A stretch of 64,000 bases of DNA, from positions 381,104 to 445,103 of the forward strand of contig RHPI01002823.1 in NCBI GenBank assembly GCA_009103225.1, in the 5' to 3' direction. Position 1 is the first letter of the stretch, and the number at the start of each line of letters is the position of its first letter. This DNA is from Chlorokybus atmophyticus. Lineage: Eukaryota; Plantae; Mesostigma and Chlorokybus algae. Shown one piece after another: positions 25,286 through 35,637 of the stretch. Both the position numbers and the translations under genes were made by a program. The notes beneath the pieces are model-generated. The model made no database searches, was not told the DNA's origin, and worked only from the letters and a program-made list of their open reading frames with translations.

Positions 25286-25904
25286 TACCCATAACTCACA
25301 CACGAGTTATATGCGACACACAGCTCGTGCTGGGGGGTCGCTATGGGTCGATAGATCGACCCATAGCGACCCCCCAGCACGAGCTGTGTGTCGCATATAA
25401 CTCGTGTGTGAGTTATGGGTATGTCAGCCTGGTAGGACCAATGTGGCCGATACTCTGAGTCGCTGTCCATCGTTATTGGTAGTGATTCGCGCGCCAGTGC
25501 GTGCAACGCAAGGTACGTTGCCCACTCCTAATGAGTCTGTGCAAGCTAATTTACATGGGAATGCCTTAGACTCATTGTTGTAAAGGGAAGAGAATGTACA
25601 AAACTTGACACACAAGACAACTTGTATTACATGGGCGCCACTTTGGTGATACCTGACCATGATGGACTGCACATAACATGCATAGCTGATGTATACGATC
25701 CACCTTATGCTAGGCAATTTCACAATTACAAGACGGCTAAAGTAGCGCGACAACTGCACTGGTGGCCATTGTTGCCTGTTGACATAAGCATTATATTGAC
25801 ACGTGTTACGAATTGCAACATGACAAGTTATTATGTCAAAAACCCGCTAGGTTACTGTAATCTTTGCCTATTGCTTATGGCAAATGGGAAAGTGTGTGTA
25901 TTGA
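24803..25904. repeat. Perfect-looking inverted duplication: 550-bp arms (24803-25352 and 25355-25904) with a 2-nt spacer
   Basis: Centre gtcgat-ag-atcgac. Mirrored ORFs in the track (24948..25283 + vs 25424..25759 -). The right arm ends at the N at 25905. Confidence 0.95.
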
Positions 25905-25905
25905 N

Positions 25906-27890
25906 GAGGGAGGAGGGAAAGGTGCGCCCCCCCGTGGGGAGGGGAGAGGAGGAGGTAAACAAGTAAGGTGACGGTGGTGATGAGGACGACGAGGACGACG
26001 AGGACCCGCTCTTCGTCACCTACAAGCGTAGGAAGAGGGAGGCAAGCCCGTTCTCCAACGCTTCTACCCCGTCCATGACACCCACGGAGGCAATGGCACG
26101 GAGGTTGGAGGAGTTGGAGGCGGAGAACATGCGCCTCAAGCGTGGGAAGGCGCCCGCCATCCCTCGTAATGAGCCCGTTGACGAGCCCAACCACCCCCTA
26201 CTTGTGAGCATCCTTCGTCGTGACAACGGCGACTCCACCAACCCCAATGCTCGAGTGGGAGCCATGGCCACCCGCTTCAGCGAGCCCGTTACCCCTTGGA
26301 AGGAAAACTTGAAGAAGCGGGCGCTACAACACCTTGAGGTAACGGCTCATCTCGGCTCGGCGGCATCCTCTTTCGATCGTGTGCCCGCTCACCTCGCCGA
26401 GGACCCCCACTTCGCTAAAGGCCGCAAGGAAAACATAAAAGGTGGGCTCATTCTTTGTTGTGCATCACCATATGCACGCGCATATTGGCAAATCATCATG
26501 TGGGTGCGGACTTAGCCCACGCACACTTGCACATGCGTGCATCATGGGCCTTTTGAAGGCGCCAGCCCGACATCTATATAGATGCACAGTCATTCCATTA
26601 GTTACATGTGTTCCGCATCCCTCCTCCCCCCATGTCTGGAGGGGGGGGAGGGGCCCGCACTTAACACCATTGTATGTTCACCCCTGTATTCAGATTATGA
26701 CTACCCCACAGCAAGGGAACGAGCACAACAGGGCACAACATCTGCATTTGCATGCGCATATGCACATGATAGGTACGGGAATGGAATAGGGGTGCGCTTG
26801 GCGCTAGACCCGGTGGCTTTGAGCCCGTATGAACATGCAACGCGTGTTGCTCATATGTGCTCTGTGCGCAGCATTGGATGAGGTGTGTAAGCAATTCCAC
26901 TATGTGGAAGTGGCCAACAAGCATGACTGGAAGGTCGTGGACGAGCTGGTGCGCAACCCCCTCGCCGTGGATGATGATGAGGCAAAGCGCCAGAAGAAGG
27001 CGTTGAAGGACGTGGCTGCGGCGCAGCCCAAGCCCAAGGCAAAGCCTGCCTACCATCCCAACAAGGGGCGGGGCCAGCACCCCCCCCGCTACTCTGGGTC
27101 CTATGCATCTGGTGCGGGGCATACCAGTTACAGGACTGCTCCTATGCAGTCTCAAGCCGCTTCCACTGGGGGTCAACGTGACTCCCGCACTTGCTACAAT
27201 TGCGGGGAGCCAGGGCACCTGCGTGCCTATTGCCGTAAGCCCTTTGCAGGCCGTGGCGGCCATTAGTTTGGTAGCACAGCTCTGTAGATGATGTGACAGC
27301 CTTGTAGCTGTACACTTGTGCGCATGTAGTGCCTATAATTTCTTGTTGAGGTCTCAGATGACCTCTGAATGGCATGAAACTTTGAGTTCGTTATTGTGGC
27401 ACAGCGACGCTTGTGCAGAGCCAAGGAACGTGAAAGCGAACGCGGTTTGCTATGGTTGCACATTGTTTGGCTTATAACTTTCGTTTGCGGCCTCGGCTAG
27501 ACGCAAATTCCTATTATTTGGAGCCGCTTTTGGGTTTAAGCGCTGAGAAACGCTTTCTCATGACACCTTAAACGTCCTAATCGGACATCGTTTGCAGTGA
27601 GGCCGAGCACTTACAGCAAGTGGCATGCCGTATTTTCTTACATTGCCACCGGCATCGCATCCGCTTGCACATGGAGTGGTTGCCACGTGAGCTCAATGAG
27701 GAGGCGGACGCGCTCTCCAAAGCACCGGAGTGGAACGGTTGGACCTTGCAAACCCCATGGGTCCGCTTGCTCGCTCGCAAGTGGGGCCCCTTTGATGTGG
27801 ACCGCTTTGCCACGGATGCCAACACTGTGTGTGTGGCCTTCAACTCGGTGTTGCCATGTTCGGGCTCATCCGGCAATGCCTTTCATTCAT
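25906..27890 (+). mobile_element. Second DIRS copy: gag, internal deletion of RT/RNase H, start of MT; truncated at both ends
   Basis: Colinear with 17480-19137, then jumps to the equivalent of 20637. Gag zinc knuckle CYNCGEPGHLRAYC; MT start VDRFATDANTVCVAFNS. Confidence 0.9.
26075..27266 (+). CDS. DIRS Gag, spliced: 26075-26441 + 26872-27266 (253 aa from this ATG)
   Basis: Phase-1 intron GTGGGC...TGTGCGCAG joins RKENIK to ALDEVCKQFHYVEVANKHDWKVVDEL..DDDEAKRQKKA, a DIRS-gag-like helix, ending in a CCHC knuckle. Confidence 0.7.
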
Positions 27891-30319
27891 TATTCGGCAC
27901 CACCCACTCAAACTATAGGCTCGCAGAAGTAATGGGGTTCCCAATTAGGGCTATGTTTGCAAACATGGTTTTGTCGCAGCTGGCGCTCATCTTCACGCAG
28001 AAGTCCAGTACATCTGGAGGTGTCACAGCCCACTTGACCATAAAGCCTGAGTGCTTTCATAGTCGATTTGTGGTTATTCAATGTACCTTCCCGTTATAGT
28101 CCCCCCGACTTAAAAAATGCTGACATCTTCGGCAGCTGCCTTATTTAGCTGGCCCCACTGCCAAGGCTGAGTTTTTACACGCCCATACCAATTAATTGCG
28201 TGCCAAGCGCGTTGCCGGCCCCACAGGTCGCGGCGCCGCGATAGGCAGGTCGCATCTTGCCGCGCCAACTGAACTGGTCAGTTCACGACTGCCATTAGGC
28301 AATTTGCGACTCATCAATGATGGCACAGAGTGACCATTTACAATGTTACTAGATTGAGAAACAACGACCGCGAAAGTCATGTGCGAAGCAGGATTCGTCT
28401 CCGGTTCTCACTCGATCTGACTCGATGCTTTTATGGTTGATCTGTGGTTATGTAATGTACCTTCCCGTTACAAGAGGGGAGGGTCATCCTCGCTTGCCTC
28501 CGGTGGCCCCACGCTCACCGGGACGTCATAGCATTGTGGGTCTACCGCCACCACGCTAGCAATAAGGCCAGCACTTACAGCAATGGCCTCCTCGGCCATT
28601 CTTAGCCGCACGTAGCGCTTTGGCATTGGCATCACTTAAACAACACCCATTGCCACCGCCATTTTGCACCCCGTGCATGCTATCAAGGAAGGCTTGTTCC
28701 AAGACTGCCACCTTACTTATGGACTTTTAGCATTCAATCCGAATTCACTTTCAGATCGACTGCCATAATCATCAACGACTTGGAAGCCTTGAGAGCTTCC
28801 CGCGCGAATCAATGGACCAAATGTAATAAGACAGACAGTTACGGCGATTATAATTGATGTGACTACACAGTGGTGAAAATACCCAGCTAGCATTCTTAAT
28901 TAGGCAGTTGGTAATGCAAGTCTCTCTTTCTCGTTCACTGGCGATACGCTGTTAACTCTTAGCTTTCCCTGTACCTTTAGTTGACTGGTTAGAGCCAAGA
29001 CTTCTTGGTTGAACGTTGTAATAGCAATTGTTCTTCACTTTGGAAGTGTGAGTGTTGAGAGAGTGTGTTGATGTGATGAGCATAGTGCATGCCTTTGAGA
29101 AGCCTGCCGACATGTTGCACACATTGCAACCACCCCAACGCTATTACACCATCCATAGCTGACCGTGTTCTCTCCATACTCGCAACCTGTACGGTAATGT
29201 GCATTGCATGCTTGTAATGCTATAGTCGAGTTGCAAGCACAGAGCATCAAGAGTGACTTAGCACCAACTTCAAGTCAATCATTCCGTGCACCACGGGATC
29301 ACCGTATTATGAATGCATGACATGCATTGAGTGTTTTCAGTTTATAGGCTTCACAACTACTAGTAGAACAACCATTGTGCCATACTTGCTCATTGCCTAT
29401 TCGCACATCTCCCCATTATCATGAATAGCACGGGAGCGAGCTGTGCTGGGCAAGAATGATTCTTTAGATCAAACTTGAGACACGGCCAGGTCTTAAACAC
29501 ATAGCAGGCAACATCTCCAATGCGGGAGGGAGCACAAAGTTTACACATGCACATTGCACATGTACAATAGGTTATTCACATTAGTCTTAACCTGCGTCCT
29601 CATCAAGATCATGAGGCTTGGTGTGCCATCATAGCGGTGCAGTGCAGGGCAACCTTGTACACAACGTTGTTGCTCATACCACGCGCACATGTGTATCAAG
29701 CCAGGCCTACTAGACTGGCACAACCCTCTACATGTCCGGGAAGAAGGACACTCGGGGAACACTGCTCTGATCGGGTGGCACTAGCGTTGCGTTGCTCCTC
29801 CCACAGTAGTAAGGTGTGGAGTAATTACCAGGCTCAGCCTTCCATAATGGCTCGCACACATGCATAGGGACATGTTTGCCACAACAACGGAGAGGTGGCC
29901 CGTATACTGGCATGTACCAGCAAGGCCATTTGCCAGTGAACATGAAGGGGGGGCGGAGGGGTTACCACCGCTGAGCCACCTCAATATAGATGTCACCTCC
30001 ACCTCATCCTTGTCGGGTCGGGGGAAGTCGAGGGTTACACTGTCTTGGGCCGCTGCAGAGAAAGTCATGCGTGCTGGTTCTGGTGCTGCAACACGTTATA
30101 ACCTGTGGCAAAAGTAAAAGATAACCCAGCTTGTATGGCAAGAGGTGCTTGGTGGAGCTGCTCCACTGTTGCTGAGTCACACGGACATGTGGAGGCGGTG
30201 TTTTCCTTGGTATACATGCTGTGGTATAGGACATACAGTCAACAAGCCCCCCCCCCCTGAGCTTTTGACGAGGTTCCAGCTCCAGAACTTAGCTGCTAAC
30301 GCAGGTGAGGAGGACCGCT

Positions 30320-30480
30320 GGTGCGGCAATTGTTGCACCAGTACTCCTCCATGGGTATTGCGTCCAATGGGGGCTCCAGACAGTAGCAATGCAGGCCGTT
30401 GTTACAGCCATCGCAAAGCATCATAAGTGCATCATCGCCGGCGCTACGGCAGCGTTCACAGCGTGTGCTGCGGGCGGGGC
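30320..30480 (-). pseudogene. PHD finger at the Gypsy integrase C-terminus (second copy at ~35650-35810)
   Basis: CERCRSAGDDALMMLCDGCNNGLHCYCLEPPLDAIPMEEYWCNNC is a canonical C4-H-C3 pattern. Confidence 0.92.
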
Positions 30481-30582
30481 GAGGGTGCTGGATGCGCGTG
30501 AAGCCTGCTATGTAAGGGAGGTGACATGGCGCGCAGTTCACCATATTGTCTTTCAGCCTCTCACCATTCTAACCAAGGAGAT

Positions 30583-33247
30583 TCAGCACTTTTGTGGGGT
30601 ACACCTTGAGTACTTTGTAGACGGTGCGGCCCACGGAGGTGTCGAGCGTGTCTTTAATGGCTGCCATGCGGTAAGCAAAGTCACCTGTCCGGTGTGAAAC
30701 CGCCGTTGGCGCTCCTTGTAGAAGCCGCTGCGCACGCGCTCGTAGCGCAGAATGTCACGATGCTGTGCGATGCGCAGGTTGTGGAAGGCCATCGGGACGG
30801 TGTGCTCGAACAGCGTGGCACGTGTGATGATATCGTGATGCATCCAGTCGGGATCGTTGAGGTTGTCCACCACGCGGTCTACTTCCTGCTGTGCACGCAA
30901 CGGAAGCAACGGCGGACGCCCGAACAGCAAGTAGTATGGGCTGCACTCGCGCAGAGCCGCCTGGTTCGACAATTCGTAGCCAAGAGCCACCCATGGAAGG
31001 TGGTCGTCCCTGGTGTTCTTCTCATAATCCAGCACGTATTTGCCGAGTGCCTTCTCGATAGTCTGCACCGTCCGCTCAGCGAGACCGTCGGGTTGAGGGT
31101 GGTCACGCGAAGTACGGCGGTGATCAATGTAGCATTTGTTCAGCAGGGTGTCGAACTCCCCTCTGAACTCGATGCCCTAGTTGGTAATGACCTCAGCGCA
31201 GCTGCCAAACCGGCTGAGGTTGTGGGAGAGGAAAGCTTGCGCCACCTCCCTGCTGCTCTTGTCGGGTAATGGCACCAGCTCCACCCATTTGGAGAAGTGC
31301 TCGATCATGACCAGGATGTAGCGGTTGCCCCGCGCTGAGGGTGCCAAGTCTCCCAAAATGTCGAGTCCCCAGCGGTAGAACAGCCCAGAGATGGGAGAGG
31401 GTGCAAGGCGGCGCTGCGTGTGTTGAGGCTGGCACGTACCATGTCACACTGCTGGCAGCGACTGATGAACCCCTGCACCTGTTTGGACAACCCATACCAC
31501 CAATAATGCGCCCTTACCAGGCTGACGGTACACCTGACTCCGAAGTGCCCAAGCTCCGTGTGTAGGGCAGCGACGATGCCCTCGCATGTGGCTTGCGTTG
31601 GCACCTCCTTGTCCTCGTCCTGGAAGCGGCGGTACACTTTGTCACTCGCCCACCGGTGGTGGCGGGTTGCGCTGACTGACCCGATCTTTCTCTTGTGCAC
31701 TCATATTGGAGGGGAGCTGGCCACTTTAAAGGAAGGGAAGTGTTGGCTTGTCCAGCCGTATGTCTTGCCTGGTGGTCGATGGGTGCCAGCTCGATGTCGT
31801 CGACTTCGATGTCGACCGCGTGGACGTCCCCTTGTGGTGTGATCACTGTGGGGTCGGTAGCCTTAAGGGCCGGAACCTCCTGTGTCGTTGAGGTGGTGTT
31901 GATCTGACGCCCTGACCGTAACGCGGCAGCAGCAGACATGGCTCCCATGGTGGGAGCCACTGCTGCGGGGCCGAGCTCGTGCCAAGCTCCGGTTGCATTG
32001 TAGGTACTGCGGTGAGGGTTTCAACTAAGACCATCAGCGTCCTGGTTGGTGAGGCCGGCGCGGTGGTCGATCTCGAAGTCATACTCCTGAAGCAACAGGG
32101 CCCAGCGAGCACGTTTCCCTGTCAGATGTTGGTTGGTCATTAACCATTTGAGTGGCTGATGATCGGTGATCAGCTGAAAGTGTCGACTAAAAGGGAAAGG
32201 TCTGAAAAAGGAGATAGCCCATACTGCGGCGAGGCACTCCCCCTCGTAGCTGCTGTAGTTGGCCTCAGCACTGTTGTTGCTCTGGCTGGCGTATGACACC
32301 ACCCGCTCCTTCTTGTTCTCATCGTGCTGTACCAGCACAGCCCCCATCCCAAGTTTGCTCCAGTCGGTGTGGAGAATAAAAGGCTTGTTCTAGTCAGGCC
32401 GTTGCAGGATGGGAGCGGTGGTGAGCCTGCCCTTTAGCTCCTCAGACGCCTGCTGTTGTGGCCCCTTCCACGCAAACTCCATCTCTTGCTTCAGGAGCTC
32501 GGTGAGGGGTCGCGCGATCTTTGCAAAGTCCTTCACGAACCGACGAGTAGTAGTTGACAAGGCCCAGAAAGGCACGCAGACGCGTAAGGTCTGTGGGAGC
32601 AGGGATAGCCGCCAAAGCCTCCACCTTTGCCTGCTGTACGTACACACCGTGAGGCACAATCATGTGCCCTAAGTAGGGTACCTTGCGAGTGAAAAGGTGC
32701 ACTTGTTGGGGTGCACTGTCATCCCCACCCCCTTGAGTCTCCAGCACTTCCTCGATGTGCTGCAGGTGCTCGTCGTTGCTGCGACTGAAGATGAGAACGT
32801 CGTCGATGTAGCATCGCGCAAAGTCCAGCCCCTTGAAGGCTTTGTCCATGACGCGCTGGAACTTGGCAGCAGCATTCTTCAGTCCGAAGTGCATGACCTT
32901 CCACTGATACAGCTGCCGATTGCCCCAGAAAGAGGTCTTGTGCTTGTCCTCCTCCTTGATGGCAATCTGGTGGTACCCTTGTCGCATATCCAGGATGCTG
33001 AAGACGGTGCAGTCTCCTACATCATTTGGGATACCCTCTGCAATAGGCATTGGCTACCTATCTTGTTTTGTCTTGTTCTTTAAGGGGGCGATAGTCGCCG
33101 CACATGCGCCGGTCAGTTGCTTGCTAAGTCCTTATTTAGGGGCATGACGGTCGCGGCCGCAAAGTCCGATGTGGACACCTCAATCAGGCTTGCATCTAAC
33201 AGAGCCTTGCACCTCTGCTTCACCAAGTCTTCTTTCAACTTGGAGAG
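30583..33247 (-). pseudogene. Gypsy RT, RNase H and integrase with frameshifts and stops (duplicated at 35913-38577)
   Basis: LDMRQGYHQI..FGLKNA..YIDDVLIFS (32442-33050); SYEGECLAAVWA..TDHQPLKWL..RWALLLQEY (32021-32347); HTELGHFG..YWWYGL..CQQC (31305-31700); rve core and C-terminus (30583-31300). Confidence 0.92.
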
Positions 33248-35637
33248 TGTTGAAGGACTAGCATGCACATGTAGCTAAGGCAAGCATGGATGCACAGAGA
33301 CAGAGCTACCGCCACCAGAGCATACACAAGTCACATCACATTCATCTATTACAAGTTGTCCGCTGGTTCTTATACCAGCCAGTTACACACACGTCTACGT
33401 TTGCAAGCACTGCGTAAGCTATACTCAGCCTTTTGACGCGCTCTAAGCTGCGTTGTCTTTCTTACAACCAGAGCTTTCCAACAAGCTCTCACACGCCTAA
33501 TATGAGTAAGTATACGCGGAGATACGAAGCAGTTAGTAAGGCTCCAGTCTGGAGTCCGGAGTCTGGTCCGACGATGCCATCTTGCTAAGTCCGGACCTAG
33601 TGCTCGTCCTTACGACCTTCTACTCCTGTGTGGAGGGTCGATGCTGATCGTATGTAGGAATACTCTCAACACTCCCACGCGAGCAGCTTGACCTCCAACG
33701 CTTGCTCCTGTAGTCAAACACAGATGCCAAGTCCTGCACAACAAGTCTTGAACTTGAGTGGTGACAATGGCTTTGTCATGAAGTCCGCCAGCATGCCCTC
33801 GGTGTTGCAGTACTGGAACTCCACCTCCTTCCTTGTGACTCTGTCACGCACAAAGTGATGCATGACATCAATGTGCTTCGTCCTTGCTGAGGCGATAGGG
33901 TGCTTCAACAACTTGATGGCTCCTTGGTTGTCACAGTTGATGACGATGCACGCCATGGGGTGCTCCAAGTCTGCCATGAGCTTGCGAAGCCAGAGTGCCT
34001 CCTTCACTGCTGCTGCCGCTGCCATGTACTCAGCCTCTGATGTAGATGCTGCTGTTGTTGGCTGCAGCCTGCTGTTCCAGCTCACCACGCCTCCGTTCAG
34101 CTTGAAGACGTAGCCTGTAGTGGACCTCCTGCTGTTGAGGTCACCAGCAAAGTCCGAGTCGCAGTAGCCCTCCAACTCAGTGCTCCCGCTCCCAAACTTG
34201 ATGCCAACTGTTGCACTCCCAGCAACATAGCGTAGTACTCCCTTTGCTGCTCTCCAGTGCTCCATGCTCGGTGCAGACATGTAGCGAGCAAGTACTCCCA
34301 CAGCATGTGCAACATCGGGACGTGTGCACACTGCCAGATAGAGCATGCTGCCTACCAGCTCACCATATGGATACTGAGCCTTGTCGAGTACCTCCTCATC
34401 CTTTGCCTTGATGAGGGCAGTGCCAAGTGCCAACGGTGTGGTCTTGGTCTTCGCTTCAGTGAGCCCAAACTTGATGACGAGTCTTCTCACCATCTGCTCC
34501 TGACTGATCTTGATTGTGCGAGCAGCCCTGTCGCGCTCAATCACCATGCCAAGGAACCACTTGGCCTCTCCAAGATCACGAACTGAGAATGCTTGCTGTA
34601 GAGCAAGTTTCGTCTCCTGCAGGTGGTGCACCTGCCAGGCGGTGATGATGATATCATCAACATACACGAGCAGCCAGACCTTGTTGTCTGCATGGATGAA
34701 GAGCCCAGGGTCTGCAGAGGATGCGGTGAAGCCAAGTGCCTCCAGCTCCTTGGTGAGCTTGATGTGCCACATACGCGGTGCCTGTCGCAGCCCGTACAGT
34801 GCCTTGATCAGCTTGCACGCTGTGCCTCTCTCCCCTTCTTCATATCCAGGTGGTTGCTCGATGAAGATCTCCTCCTCCAGCTCTCCGTAGAGGAAGGCAG
34901 TCTTCACGTCCAGGTGATGCAGCTCTGGGTCTTCAGCAGCAACCATAGCTAACAGTGCACGGAAGGTGGTATGCTTACTTGCAGGTGCAAACACTTCGTT
35001 GAAGTCCACACCTTCCTGCTGCAAGAAGCCCTTTGCCACCAGTCTTGCCTTGTAGCGCTCAATGTTGCCCTGACCATCACGCTTCACCTTGAAGACCCAT
35101 TTCACTGGAATGGTCTTCACTCCTTGCGGTAACTGCTCCAGTGACCAAGTGTTGTTGGCATGGAGTGACGCAATCTCCTCGTCCATAGCACGCTGCCATT
35201 GCTCCGCATCTGGTGCTAACAATGCCTCCTCGTAGGTGCTTGGCTCCTCATTCTGCACACTGGCGACGTGTGCCTTGTGTAAGAAGTCAGGTGCCTTTCT
35301 CTCCCTCACTGGGTATCTCCGAGCTGCGTGCTCCTGCTGTGGGTACGGCCCCTCTTGGCCTGCTACAGCTGAGTCCTGCTCACCCTTGTTGTTGATGATG
35401 GCCTTGCCTGTAGCCTCCACCGTTTCAGGATGCTCCGGCTGTGCTTCATCTTCAGGAAAGAAGCCTGCTTCTGGTTGTGATAATCCCTCGTGGAAAACCA
35501 CCTCTATCTGGTGTGGCTCCATAGAAGTGCTCCCACGGAGTCTTCTGCTCTGAGCTCACCGGAGACCTGTTGCGGATGTAGTTGGCAGTGAGTACCGCCT
35601 CCTTCCACAAACTGTCTTCCATCTTTGTGTCGTTGAG
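33248..35637 (-). mobile_element. Partial Copia (3' LTR 33248-33671, RT/RNase H), part of the duplicated block
   Basis: 424-bp LTR TGTTGAAGG...CTCAACA preceded by GAGAG. ORF 33714..35522 has LLVYVDD, YCDSDFAGD and RTKHIDV motifs. Confidence 0.93.

Noticed and set aside
27900-28500. Possible TAA/TAG-to-Gln genetic code, suggested by in-frame TAA at matching positions
   Set aside because: The 1262-aa Copia frame and the 449-aa ARP4 contain no in-frame TAA/TAG, and ARP4 ends in TAA. The standard code fits.
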